A stretch of DNA of 63,972 nt, counting the filler, from Rhabdomonas costata (Eukaryota), in NCBI GenBank assembly GCA_019059605.1. It is 41 parts of 41 records of this genome, joined end to end, with 100 filler letters (N's around TTAATTAATTAA, not from the genome) between each part and the next. Parts side by side here need not be neighbours in the genome. Positions count along the whole stretch, not along the records: positions 1 to 1,461 come from JAHMHO010015292.1; positions 1,562 to 3,024 come from JAHMHO010015293.1; positions 3,125 to 4,590 come from JAHMHO010015294.1; positions 4,691 to 6,153 come from JAHMHO010015295.1; positions 6,254 to 7,716 come from JAHMHO010015296.1; positions 7,817 to 9,279 come from JAHMHO010015297.1; positions 9,380 to 10,844 come from JAHMHO010015298.1; positions 10,945 to 12,407 come from JAHMHO010015299.1; 33 more parts are not named here. One strand, written 5' to 3'. Both the position numbers and the translations under genes were made by a program. Positions 1 to 12,405 of this stretch are shown here, piece after piece (the stretch's first letter is position 1; each line of letters starts with the position of its first letter). Under the pieces are notes generated by a model, which searched no databases, was not told where the DNA came from, and was given only the letters and a program-made list of their open reading frames with translations.

Positions 1-8
1 GTGTGGGG

Positions 9-65
9 GTGTGGCATTATCTTGGGGCCGAAGACCAGGTCTCGGGCCCTTTTGGGGGAACTGAG
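9..65 (+). CDS. Possible GYF-domain exon fragment
   Basis: VWHYLGAEDQVSGPFGGTE fits the GYF pattern W-x-Y-x(6)-GPF and is followed by a plausible GAG|GT donor. Very short. Confidence 0.4.
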
Positions 66-1461
66 GTCATTGTGGACTTCCAGCTTCCCAGGCTGTTCTC
101 CGTTGCCAGGCCTCTGCCCTCATATAAGGTAAGTGGAGATGTCGAAATGGCATGGATTTCTGGCAGTGTGGTGGCTTTACACTGTATAACGTCATATTTT
201 GCTGTACGGTGCAGACAACAGCAGAACAGAAAGAAAGAGGAGAAGAGTGTGCTAGAATGCGGAACAGAAACAACCCAATCAAACCCTTGCTGTGATTTAC
301 AGAAGGCACATTTCTGGCACTGTAATGGCGAAAACTGGTAACTGACAACAACAGTGTCCAGGGAATTGTTCAACTGAGGAGGCAAGCAAGCGGGAGAAAG
401 AGATAAGTATCTGCTGGGACACGCATGAACACGGGGGTGGGCAAAACAAAAAGGGAAAAGGAGGAAACGAGGCAGGGAACTGGGCTACGGACGAAAGGCA
501 CCCTAAGACAAAAGGTAACCAAAGTCGGGATTCGAGCAAAACCAGGAAGGAAATGTGGACTGTCCGCTGAACACAAAAGCACAAAAACGTGGGGGCACAA
601 ACAAATGGAGCAGCAGGGGACTGGGGGCCTACATAAAAGGGAGGAAGGGAAGGAAGGAAAACAAAAAGGCACTGCGCACAGTACAATGCAGAAAAGATGG
701 GAAGGGACTGGCAAAGATTCAAAAAAGGGACTGGGCAGCAGCGAAGTGGGGGGCCGAAACACCACAGGGAAGGGAAGACACAGCGGAGCTCGCGCGGAGA
801 AATATGAAGCACCGCATGAGGAGCGCGGGGAAGGCAACGAACGCAAGGACGGGAGAGGGCCAAAAGAAAAGAAAAGGGTGGTATAGCACGTAGAACACCT
901 CGAAGGCAGGAGAACACAGAATGGAAGGAGAACATTGAGGGTGGAAGAGGGGGGGTATCAGACGAGGGGGATTGGCTGGTTGTTGGAGCCGACAAGCGGC
1001 ACCATTATCTACACCGACAACGTCTACAAATGTCTAGAACACAACGCAGACCCACACGACGTCACAGCGAAACATTTGGGGTGGAGGTTAGCATATGCTG
1101 TCCTCCACCGAGCAACCAGTCGCGCCCACGACGTTATTTCTTCTTCTCGCAAGCATTGCCCTCTAACCCCCCAGCGAGACCAACAACCTCTCGTCGAGAA
1201 CAGGCGCAACGCCGACCTCTAGCACCTAGAATATAGGCCTGTTCAAGAGAAATTGTTCTTTTTACCTTTCTTATCTTTTTACCTGTGGGTGAGTGTCATT
1301 TAGGTGATATGCTTCCCTTTGGTTCCATTTGACCCCGTGTACTTCGTTTCAGGCAGTCCAACTGAGTTTGGCTTTTCCACCTAAATCGACTTGCTCGACG
1401 GACGCGCTTGTCCCAGACAGAGCATCCCAAATCATTCAAATCCCAAATCACACACACCCAC

Positions 1462-1561
1462 NNNNNNNNNNNNNNNNNNNNNNNNNNNNNNNNNNNNNNN
1501 NNNNNTTAATTAATTAANNNNNNNNNNNNNNNNNNNNNNNNNNNNNNNNNNNNNNNNNNNN
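1462..1561. other. Artificial contig-joining spacer N44-TTAATTAATTAA-N44 (first of 40 copies)
   Basis: The same 100-bp spacer, with stops in all six frames, recurs about every 1562 bp. Copies start at 1462, 3025, 4591, 6154, 7717, 9280, 10845, 12408, 13971, 15534, 17098, 18661, 20223, 21786, 23349, 24911, 26473, 28035, 29597, 31159, 32721, 34283, 35849, 37412, 38974, 40535, 42097, 43659, 45220, 46782, 48343, 49905, 51467, 53029, 54591, 56153, 57715, 59276, 60837 and 62396. Confidence 0.99.
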
Positions 1562-1567
1562 GGTGGG

Positions 1568-1710
1568 GGTTCGTGCTCGCCTTTGGATTTGCATGTCTGT
1601 GTCTCTGTTTGCCATGCACACAATGTTCGCACACGGGGGGGGGGCGCGCGAACATTGTGTGCATGGCAAACAGAGACACAGACATGCAAATCCAAAGGCG
1701 AGCACGAACC
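1568..1710. repeat. Perfect 63-bp inverted repeat (fold-back) at contig start
   Basis: 1568-1630 is the exact reverse complement of 1648-1710, with a 17-nt G-rich loop. Confidence 0.95.
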
Positions 1711-3671
1711 GCTTTGCAAACCCAAACCACAGCAGCTCCTCCAGCGAGCGGATTGTTAGCATCTGGTTCGCCGCGTACGGCCCGCAGCACAGCACCGCGC
1801 GCACCGCGCTGCCCCCGGTGTCCTCCTCCATCGCCTCCCCCGAGGAAGGGATGCGAGGAAGGCTGCAGCTCGTCGGCAGCGCGGGGAGCTACGGGCGCAA
1901 GTGGTAGTGGGGAGAGAATGACAGGACATTGTGGCGCAGGGGAAGCAACAACTAAAGGCGCCGAATCACGTCGAGGTAATACTGAGGTGCATTCCCACAA
2001 ACACACAATACGCTGCTGACAACAGCTGCGGAACCCTCTCAATGGTCCGCATATCAATACCATGTTCAGAAATAAGACCGGGAAAGAATAACGATGAGAC
2101 CCACAGTGACAAGAGCGAGAAGAAAAGAAAAGGGGGCCCTTGGCCAAACAGAGGTGTCAACACGAAAGAGGCACAGTACGCATAATACTACAGATCATTC
2201 CCCCGTGCACACACACACATCTTTTTGATTCGAGAAGATTATCGCAGCAGATTATCACGCTTTATCACAGCAGCGAATCAAAGAGAAGGATTTTGCCAAA
2301 AGTGTCGAGCGAAGACGGGCACACGCCTCAAAGAGCTGTGACACCAGCAGGATGCCCTTCCCGTCCGCGTCCGGGCTCGCTAGTTCCATCCCAAGATTCT
2401 TCCCTCGAAACGCAATAATCTGCCAAGAGAAGGACACCCCAACTCTCCCCCCACCCCCTTCACCGAAAACGCAAAGATGCGCACGCAGACGTACCACACT
2501 GCGCGCTTTTCGGTACGCAGAGTTTCCGCCCATCTCCATATCTCCATGGCGCGCACGATAGCGGGGGGGGGGGCAAGAAGCAGGGACTTTCCCGGTATGC
2601 CCTTTGGATTCTCTTGTCTCGAACTGTCATCTTTCTCTACCTCCCGCCACTCTGCTCCTTGTCCACGCAACGCTTCCCCGCCGCTCCGCCGCAGCGTCTG
2701 TAGTGCTGTGGAACACTGGTCGTTGTCGGAGTCAGCACAAAACCAACCAAAAAATGGGTCTGGTGTACGAGCGGCGGAAAGACGGAGCAAGTCATCCCGT
2801 CCTCAAACGTTCGACTTTCCGTTGGCGGAAATTCTCCATCTTCTCACCAGCTACGACCTCCATTTCTGTTGCGTTTGTACTAAGTCTCTGAGCGCTCTTT
2901 TCAGGCAAAAGCGTAAAGCTCAATTAAACGATGACACCCCACCCCCGCGAGACGCCCCACGTTCCGTGGCCCACTACCACCGAATCTGGCCACAAAGTCC
3001 AAACCCCAGTCCCACACACGGACGNNNNNNNNNNNNNNNNNNNNNNNNNNNNNNNNNNNNNNNNNNNNTTAATTAATTAANNNNNNNNNNNNNNNNNNNN
3101 NNNNNNNNNNNNNNNNNNNNNNNNGGTGTGGGGGGTTGAATGCGCCAAGGAAATCTGGGGAAATGCCTCCAGCAGAGCCAGCAGCTGCATTCTGCAGAAG
3201 AAAAACGACCGAAACAAAAGCCTCACGTTTGCAGTAGTTAATTATAACCACAAAGTTGTACAGACAAACAAGAGAGAGCCACGATTAGAGGCTCGTTTGG
3301 AGATTCAAGCACACACACACACACACACACACACACAACGGATGCGTTCAAAAGCGTGCGCAATCAATAGCAAAAACAGGAACACTTGGAGGGTTCGCAG
3401 CAACGCTCAAGTACCGACGATAAGAAAACGCAATAATTACAACAAAGGCAGAGACGGCTTGACAGCGTGTGCAACAAAAATAGGACTGCAAGGCACTCAT
3501 TGCAGAAGCAGCGGGGGGGGGGGTGCTGGCACATTAAAAGTTCGATCCTAAGGCATACCCTACGCAGCACTGAGAACACAGGCCCGCCTCTCCCCTTCCA
3601 ACATTTGTTACCCTTCTGATATCCGTGTTCGTCACCCTGTCTTCCGGGTTCATTTGTTGCCTTTGCCCCCC

Positions 3672-3766
3672 TTGGAATCACACCACATCCACGGCGCGTG
3701 TTCTCCGTGTTTTTCTTTCTAGTTTCCCTCTATGATCATTTGACCCCCACGCATTCTCCACCGAAC
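3672..3766. repeat. Dispersed ~95-bp repeat, copy 1
   Basis: TTGGAATCACACCACATCCACGGCGC...TAGTTTCCCTCTATGATCA.TTGACC closely matches 63433-63527 on a different contig. Confidence 0.85.
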
Positions 3767-5985
3767 GCTATTCCTTCGTTGCCAGTGTAAGTTATTGCAT
3801 TGCCTATGGCCCGGACCATGAACAACCTGTGCGCTGCTGCCGTGACCTCTTCTTTAAAAAAAATATTACTTAATATTTTTATTACTTTTAATATTTCCAA
3901 AAAAACTAAATTTATTGGAAAAATAAAAAACAAGAATTCTGCCGATTAGCCCTAATTCCTTGCAAACCTTTCTCGTTCTCTGAACTTTTTGATTTTACGG
4001 CAGGCTAAGCCTCATACATAAGACGACGGAATTTTCGCTGATAACCTACTGGGAAAGCAGAAACAGGCAGCAAAAGTATGACGAAAAACGTCAATTGACC
4101 CTTGTGGGACTTCCCTGATCACTCAACGGCACCATTTTTACCGTCCGAGGAGTTGCACTTTGCTTCTGATTTTCCATGTTGAGCACCTTCTTGTTTTTGT
4201 TTATCGTTGCTCTATATTGCCGTAGGGGATCTGGCCGGCTGCAGAACTCCACGAACTCCGCAAGACAGAACAAGCATCACTCTGCAGGAGAAGAACTAAG
4301 GTTAAAACCACATTGCACGGAGAGGGCGAGCGGCACAAAAGGGGAAAACTTGCTGAAGGACTCGGCCTCCGGTTTGATAAACTTGAGGTGAAAGAGCGCC
4401 TCGCAACATCTGCAAAACTAAGAGATAAAAAAAAACACAAAACATAGGCAAATTCCATACAGACACTCCCTCCAAAACGTCCAAGCCAAAAAAAAATCGG
4501 GCAAAAGCATGTGCAACTTTAAGCATTCACATTTTCTCGACATATTTTAAACACGTTCTTCGATGTATTAATAACTCTTTAACAACAAAANNNNNNNNNN
4601 NNNNNNNNNNNNNNNNNNNNNNNNNNNNNNNNNNTTAATTAATTAANNNNNNNNNNNNNNNNNNNNNNNNNNNNNNNNNNNNNNNNNNNNGGTGTTTTGT
4701 CCAAAGTCTATTGTGCCGCGCAAAGCTCGTTGAGAAGCACTTGCATTTTTTCCGTTCCGCGTGCTGAACTGCTTTTGGCAACGCTTTTGTGTTTCCAGCA
4801 CAGGAATTGCCGATTAGTCTCTTGTACTGTTGGTTTCTTGTGGATGAGGAAACTGACCTGAAAATGGATCTTGATTTCTGGTACCGGGTGAGCCCGAGAA
4901 AATGGTCATCTATAATTTTGCAGTAAAACTGCCTCAACTTCAGGGATTTCAAATGGGGCGGTGTCGTTTGTGCACTGGCCACTGGAGTTTTGGTGTTGGG
5001 ACCGGGGCAGATCTGCTGCTTGGCTAGGGAGAAAAACGACAAAAAATTTCTTTCTCAACCGAAAGTTCACCGAACCAGCGCAGTCCGATCAAGCGCCACA
5101 CCAAGACGTGGGCAGCGCTCCAAGAATGCTGCGCTGTTTCCTGGGATCCGCAATTCTTCTATCTCAAATCTTTGTTGCCTGCATTCTGTGTAATGCCTTC
5201 CTTGTCCTTTCTTGTTGGGTTGTTCGCTTTTCTCGGGTCCGCTCCCGTGTCTTTTGGTTTCCTTTTTGGCCGTGCAACGCCTCTGTCCGTTTCCCCCGAT
5301 TCCATGTCGGAAAAAATTTGGACACTTTACCATGTTTTGAGCGAAGCTCAGGTGCTTCTCTCTCTCGCTGCCTCTTGCGCAACCCACCGACGAACGTGCC
5401 AGCGGTGTGGCTTGAAACGCAATAGTTTTTGCCCCCGCCAGGCGCCCCCTTTTTTTGCCGCATCCTTCGGCCCCGGCGCCACCCGGTTGGTTCCTTCCCG
5501 CTATGCATTCTCTTGCTACCTTTGTTTGCAGGCGCCTCTCCTAGAAGGTTTCGGCCACGTCTTTGGCATTTGCCCCTTTTCACTTATATTTGGCCACGGC
5601 ATGAAAAAGTAACAACGCCCAAACTATGGTTCCGGCGTAGGTGCGGCGAAGGAAACGGTAAATTGTCCGTTTGTGCATGTCTTTCCGTTTGACCCACTTT
5701 CTGCGCTTTCATTTTTGGGCGCCTAAGCGACGCTTGTCAGCTTTTCGAGCTTCCTTCGAGACTTCAATCCTCTGGATTACGCTGGTGGACTCTCCGTGGG
5801 AAAAAGTTTTTGAACCACTATTTTTGCACGCCCTCTCGGCGTGAAAACTCTCAATTTTTGGGTCCGCGGACAGTTCCGCCACCGACAAAGGCAAAAAAAC
5901 GGGTCTCCAGGATGAAAAATCGACCGCACGGAAATCGACCCTACTTTATGTTTTCGAGATATGTTTTTGAGATAAACGCGTTTTA

Positions 5986-6145
5986 GGCCAATTTAAGCTG
6001 TTTATGTGGTGTTTTGGCCTTTTTTTGGTGTAATTTTCCCGTTATTGGCAAGATTTTAGTTATGTGCTGACGTGAGGCTGGGTTGGCATGGGGCAAATTA
6101 CACCAAAAAAAGGCCAAAACACCACATAAACAGCTTAAATTGGCC
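5986..6145. repeat. Perfect 51-bp inverted repeat at contig end
   Basis: 5986-6036 is the reverse complement of 6095-6145 and is followed directly by the C/A-rich contig tail. Confidence 0.93.
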
Positions 6146-7616
6146 ACAACCACNNNNNNNNNNNNNNNNNNNNNNNNNNNNNNNNNNNNNNNNNNNNTTA
6201 ATTAATTAANNNNNNNNNNNNNNNNNNNNNNNNNNNNNNNNNNNNNNNNNNNNGTGTTTGGTGGCCTAAAGAGAATCGGACTAGGGGGCGGAGAAGGCAA
6301 AGCGAAAGCAAAAACACTCGCACATCCAACCTGGCTTTGGCTTCTTGCGGGATTTGTTCCCTCCCCTCGTCAGCTTGGAAGAGTGACCCATATCCGATGT
6401 GAGAGGGTGAAGGGTGAGAGGTGTTTAGTCAGAGGGTGAGAAGAAGAAAGAAGAACAATGGTTCTTGAAAAGAGACGTGCCTGCAAAGAGTAATGAATAA
6501 GAAACGCGCCCCTACTCCCTAACCGTACGGCGATTATCCCAAACACCTTCATCCACGCTCTCTTTAACCTTTCCCTTGTCCGAACGCCCCCTCCCATTGG
6601 TTGGTCGCCAGATCTCCTTCGACGTGCCATTTTTCCTCGGAAGTCAGTAGTTCTTTCCGTTCGGGGCCGCCCTTTCTTCCTGGAATGCTCTCACCCTTTT
6701 TTGTTCTTTGCTTGGAGTTTACTATTTGCTGCTTGATGATTGCACGTGGACCTTGAGGAAAGCATGATGCCCACTTATTTTTCCGACCCAACATTGCCCA
6801 TCCAGTTCCTTCGATTGGTCAATGCACTAAATAAAGGCCTCAACAGTCCCCGCATAGTTGGCTGTGGCACACGGTGTACCCTGAAACCGAATACATTTGT
6901 GTTGAGGCATCGCGCTCAGACAAAAGTTTGCCTCCACCAAAACTCAAGATGGAAATCCAAAATGCGCTCGTGATTCGAAACGATCGGAAAACGCCAGGAG
7001 AAAATGCCACCTCGGTGTACGGGAACAAAACACTGCGTGTGATTGCCCAGTTGCGCAATTGTCCGGTGTGGGGGAACTAAAGCACCAATTCATAATTCTT
7101 TTTTTTGCACCAAAATGGCTTTTTAACGTTCCATCCCTCCGCCAAGAATCAGGCAGAATTCGACTTTGGTTTATAATACTATCTTGCTCTTTGCTTGATG
7201 TTTAATATTTGCACGTGAACCATTCATTGAACAGCGGTGACGCCGTGACGCGCATAAAAATTCCACCTATGTATGTATCGCTTGAAATAGTGTGTTCGAA
7301 ACCAGCTTCCAAGAGTTCCGGTGACAATGCCAGCGGTTGGGGCGGGCATCCAATCCATGGCTCGATTTTTCATAAGTTCTCCCGGTTTCCCTTCCTGTCC
7401 ACGAGTCAGTTAGAGAGGTTCCGAAAGAAGGAAGACGCTGCAAGGGCTTGCATACCCTGACTTCCGATGGGGTTCCTCCCCACAGTCAAGGACGTAAGGT
7501 TAGGGAAGAACGGGGAATCCGCCAAAGCTTTCATACCGGAATCACTGATTTCGTTCCAGCGTGCATTCAAAGTTCAAAGTTAGCTTGGGGAAGAAAGAAA
7601 GTATGTGCGTTGAGGA

Positions 7617-7709
7617 GGGAGACGTCCCCTTAGTAGCCGAGGAGCGTCACCCAGGGAGGGCGATCAGCCCACCCGCGCTTCCGGCTCGGCTACTAAGGTG
7701 ACGTCTCCC
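7617..7709. repeat. 25-bp inverted repeat (1 mismatch) with GC-rich 43-nt loop at contig end
   Basis: GGGAGACGTCCCCTTAGTAGCCGAG (7617-7641) pairs with CTCGGCTACTAAGGTGACGTCTCCC (7685-7709). Confidence 0.9.
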
Positions 7710-7822
7710 CCCACAANNNNNNNNNNNNNNNNNNNNNNNNNNNNNNNNNNNNNNNNNNNNTTAATTAATTAANNNNNNNNNNNNNNNNNNNNNNNNNNNN
7801 NNNNNNNNNNNNNNNNGGTGTT

Positions 7823-8677
7823 TGTGTGCCCACGGGACGCGCGGGAAGAGGCGGACCGGCAGAGGATGGCCCTGGCCTCCCCGTTCGGGGATCACCTGAC
7901 CTACCTTAGGGTGTTCCGCGAGTGGCGCAAGGCCAGGGTGTGCTACCATTTTCTGTTTACTGGGCGGTGTGTGAGAAGGTTTCTTTCTTCCTTCCTATCA
8001 CCCGTTTTGGGTATAATCGGCTGGTTCCTATCCCTGCTTTTGACTTTGATGTGGCTTCGGCTGCTCGTATTGATCCAACCCTTGTTGACCACAATTGCAG
8101 CCAATGCACGTACCGTGGGCAGGGCAGATGGATAATGCTCGCTTCATTTCCATTTTTCCCCGGGCATAATGTTGGTTCTGTGACGGGAACTGCTTGCTCG
8201 AACGCCAACCTCTTGTTTCGTGCGGAACTGTTCCTGTACAGACCAGTCTTCCTGCATCCCTCGCTCAGGAGACTCGCTTGACCATTAACTTTCGGCTTGT
8301 GGCACGTCATCTCAGTGGCTGTCTCTTACCGGCCTGGAGAAAGCTATTTCTGCAGGCCACTTTCCCTTACTCTGTTGAACAAGGGAGCTCACTGCGGTCG
8401 TGCATCCTTCCCCAAAACGGATAAGTGGCTTTGTGAACATAAACTGTAGCCCGCCATGGTTTGCGGTTTATCATTCATCAAACAAACCCGAGAGGAAGGG
8501 TGGTTTCCGCCTTTTCTTTGGAAAGTCTGTTGCTGTTTGGGGAATCCAGCTGGCAAAGCGGGAGATGAAGTGGGCGGAGGACCACTTTGTCAACAAGCGG
8601 GCCATGCTGCGGGTGGAGCAGGTCGTTGCGCAGCTGCTGGAGTTCCAGCCCAAGGTCGAGGCTGCCCTGGCCAAAGG
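7823..8677 (+). CDS. DEAH/RHA-box RNA helicase, HA2-region exons (~7823-7937, 8550-8677), partial
   Basis: Spliced reading PRDAREEADRQRMALASPFGDHLTYLRVFREWRKAR|LAKREMKWAEDHFVNKRAMLRVEQVVAQL fits the GDHLTLL..F..W / W...F.N...M.....V..QL pattern of Prp2/16/22/43-type helicases. The GT-AG intron is in frame. Confidence 0.85.
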
Positions 8678-9538
8678 GTATCTCCTTACTCAGTTTTGGC
8701 ATCAACGGCGTAGGAGCACCGTGCACTGGCATACTGTAACATTTTGCTTTACTATTACACAACCGTACCGTAGAAAGGGATGGCTGTTCTCGCCAAATAC
8801 CGGCTGTTCTTGATTTTCATGAAACTGTGAAGCAGATTCCATCCCTGGAGCATCCTGAACAACCCAACGAGCCTCGAAGTTGTTAGCTTGTGACCTTCAG
8901 GGCTTTTTGCCCTTGAGGCAGTTGCAGCGACGAATTCCATGTGTGCCAATCACTCAGCACGCAAGACCCGGGTCGCACGAGGCTCGAAGCAGCGTAGCTT
9001 CTGCTGTAGTTGGCAATTGAACCACACCCGCTGCCCACAGAACTCAAGTGGTCTGTCCTGGGGTGACCCCCAATCAACGAGGTTGAGCGCAACGCTTCTC
9101 ATCGTTTCCATATCCCCCTTGTGCATGGGTGTGTGAATGGGTGGGCATCCCCGCAGCTCTGGAGTCGCCGAGTTTCTCTCGGGCACCGGGCGGGCCGGGC
9201 GTTCGTTGAACAACGGGTCCTCTTCCTCCTCAACACAACCCGTTTCCAGCAGTGCCTTAGGCACTGGCAGGGAGATCGGNNNNNNNNNNNNNNNNNNNNN
9301 NNNNNNNNNNNNNNNNNNNNNNNTTAATTAATTAANNNNNNNNNNNNNNNNNNNNNNNNNNNNNNNNNNNNNNNNNNNNGGTGTTGTGTGTGTGTGTGTG
9401 TGTCTGTGTGTGTGTGGTCAAGTGCACAAAGTGTGTGTTTTTGGAGCCCTTTATCCAGAGAAATACTGTTGTGTGCTTGTGGGACCGGGAGGGACAGACG
9501 CGATTGATGGGTTCCCTCCTGGTCCCTCCCCGCTGCAG

Positions 9539-10679
9539 GCACAGGAAAGGTGGACGAGGTTGGGGTTCGTGAGGGCCGGTTCTGCAACGTGAATATCCCC
9601 TTGGAGGAGGGGTGCTGTGACACCAGCTTTGTCTCCGTGGTCTGCCCCGTCCTCCGCGAGGTTTAGCTCGTTCATTCTCGCCCAGAACTGTTTTTCATGC
9701 GTGTGTGTGGGGGGGGAGGTCCCTATTGCATTGCTGGGAAGGTTGCCAAACTGCAAGTCTCTCGTACAGTTCGATATTGACACCTATAATTGTAACTGGT
9801 TGGGAGTGCAGATGCATTGAATACATTGCTGCACGCGATTTACAAGATGGGGCGAAATGAAGTGACTTCCGCTCTTCTCAGCACAAACCCTTATCCGTGA
9901 AGGGTTTTTCGACGCAGTACAAAAGTGGTAGTGAGTTGAAGGAGCCTTTTTTTTTTCAAAGAACTTGTTTTCGCCTCTATCACCCTTCGGTCAAGATTTC
10001 TTCATTTCGTTCCTTCACCACGCAATAGACGGAGATTTGTGGTCTGCCACGGTTGTCACCGTTTCCACTCCGCACCTCATTCCAAAAAGGTGCACAGCAG
10101 GTTTGCTCCCAAGGCTTTGGTGGTGGTGTGCGGCGCGGATGTGCTTGCCCGGGACAGGCTGGGGCGATTCAACGTAACCCTGGAAGGCCTGACACAGAGC
10201 TTGGAAGTGCTCGTGAGCTGGGGCCTGCCAACGCTGGTGCTCGGGTGTGCAAACTGCAAACTCCGCTCGCTGTGATGGGTCCCGCGTGGGGTGCTTCTCC
10301 ATATTCAAAGACTATGTCTGCTGTGAATTTCGCCCCGAGGAATTTTCTGAGGGTTGCTGAATGCTTTATGGCTGAGGTTATTGGCTGTTGTGTGCAATGC
10401 AGCTTTATCCCTGAGGTTCCGCCGGGCACTCGAGGCTTGATTGGACGCTCAGTTGCCACATCCCGAATACCCATGGACCGTGTTTGCGTTTTGCTGGTTT
10501 GTCTTTGGCCCCAATGTCGTCTTCCCTTACCCTTAGGAGCTTGGGTGGGGTTTCGCAATGAGGTGAGCCTCCGACGATCGGCTGTGGCGATTTCATGACA
10601 ACTGTCTCTTGTCTGTCTCCTCAGGGGCGGCGGCTACAACATTGCCAACGTGGGGCGCTGCTGGGTCTCTGTCACCTCG
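9539..10679 (+). CDS. Class I histone deacetylase (HDAC8/Hos1-like), three exons 9539-9660, 10090-10244, 10625-10679, partial
   Basis: Spliced reading GTGKVDEVGVREGRFCNVNIPLEEGCCD...|VHSRFAPKALVVVCGADVLARDRLGRFNVT...LPTLVLG|GGGYNIANVGRCW contains the NxPL, GAD...D.LG.FN and GGGGY HDAC motifs. Splice phases are compatible. Confidence 0.92.
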
Positions 10680-11948
10680 GTGTTCCTTGCCCACCACCCG
10701 CTCTGTTCAGGTGCTCCCGCGTCCCCGCACTGTACAGTGTACAGTGTACAGTGTAGCTCTTCCCTTCTTGGGACAGAATATGCTTCTTATAGACCTCCTT
10801 CAGACTCTTGAATAGACTACACTTGCGTCTAACCCACCCCAACCNNNNNNNNNNNNNNNNNNNNNNNNNNNNNNNNNNNNNNNNNNNNTTAATTAATTAA
10901 NNNNNNNNNNNNNNNNNNNNNNNNNNNNNNNNNNNNNNNNNNNNTTGTGGGGTTGGAAAATGCACCACTGCCATTTTGTCTGGCTTGCGTCCTCGGCCGT
11001 GTGGTGATAACAACGCGAAAGGGAACAGGAAGCACGCACACCAGAATTCCGAATTCAGAATTGTGTGTTTGTGAAGGGGGAAGGACAAAGGAACAAACCA
11101 GGTCAGCGGTGCAATGCGCAGAATTGCGATCCAACCGCAGGCAAGAACGGGCACCCACGAAGGGCACAAGTTATCGAACTGGTAGGTATCGCACTGCAAA
11201 ATGACATCACAACACAGACCGTTGGAACCTTCGCGCGGGAGGAACGAGCGGTCATCACCTTCCCAGCACCCCCACTTCGCCCATCGTGCTGGTGTTCAAC
11301 CAATTCATAACATCCATCCCCAAACAACCAGAACAAACAAGTCACTTTGCACTGCCCCTTTGACTTCAACAGTCACGTTGGGAAGATATTTTTTTAAAAT
11401 AGAAACACGAGACACTTTGAACTTTGAGAGTTTGGAATGGGGATGTAACACGGATGTGGCTTTATACTTTATACTTTCGTACAGTGATTCAGAGAGTTCG
11501 CCACCATTTTCCTTCAAAAGAAAGTAGACCGTGAAACGGCGCGGTTCTACTTTCGTTCAACAACTCAGATAGTTCACCACCACTTGCGGATAGTGCATTC
11601 TACACGAAGCTGAAGAAACCCGTAAATTTCAACTTGCAACCAAAAAAAACATCTACTCCTTGCGATAAAACCCCAGCCACCAAAGTCCAAGCTTCAGCTG
11701 ACCGCCCCGCGGACTCGCATAGAACTGTCAGCAAGGCGTAGAAGTGTCAGCAAGATCAAGACATCTGTATGCTTTCCACCAAAGCCATCTACGCAAACTT
11801 AAAACGCTCTCGGATAGGTCAGCCGACGAAACCTGCCCGTGTACGAACTATACATACGAATCAGGGTGTTCCCTCAGAAAGAAGAGGTAAAAAGATGAGA
11901 CGGGGGGGAACTCCTCTAGAAGCTAAACACGATCATGTGCCACCTCGT

Positions 11949-12405
11949 TTACAGAGATCTAAGCGCATCTCTGGCTTGCACGTGCCCTTGGTCCGCCGCC
12001 TTCCGGTACCACTCCATCGCCATCGGTATGTTCATTTCCACCCCCGAAGCCATACTGGTAAAACTGCCCAAAATAAAACTGCCCGTCCGCGTGGCCCTGC
12101 TCTGCCGCCTTGCCGTACCACTCCGCGGCGTTCACCAGGTTCCTTTCCACCCCGTCGCCGGACTCGAGGATGATCCCCAGGTTGATCTGTGCCTGGGCGT
12201 AGCCCTGCTCTGCGGCCCTGCGAATCCATATCGCGGCCGCGGCCCAATCTCGATCCGTTCCCTCGCCCAACATGTAGGCCGCCCCGACATGATGCTGCGC
12301 GGCCGCGTGGCCCTGCTCTGCCGCCCGTCGGAACAAGGCAAACGCTTCCTCGTGATTCTCCGGGGGCAGTCCCGGAGCGAAACGCGGCCCGAATTTTCGG
12401 CACAA
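11949..12405 (-). CDS. Sel1-like repeat protein, C-terminal part, with an apparent 1-bp frameshift in the G run near 12041-12045
   Basis: Four repeats of the type A..W.RKAAEQG.A.AQ..LG..Y..G.G. Removing one G continues the frame as GFGVEMNIPMAMEWYRKAADQGHVQARDALRSL* (stop 11949-11951). Confidence 0.88.

Noticed and set aside
297-995. Long overlapping ORFs in purine-rich DNA
   Set aside because: Low-complexity composition lacks stop codons by chance, and the translations have no protein-like motifs.
935-1222. IIYTDN motif suggesting a retroelement RNase H
   Set aside because: Only one short motif, with no other catalytic residues or reverse transcriptase recognisable.
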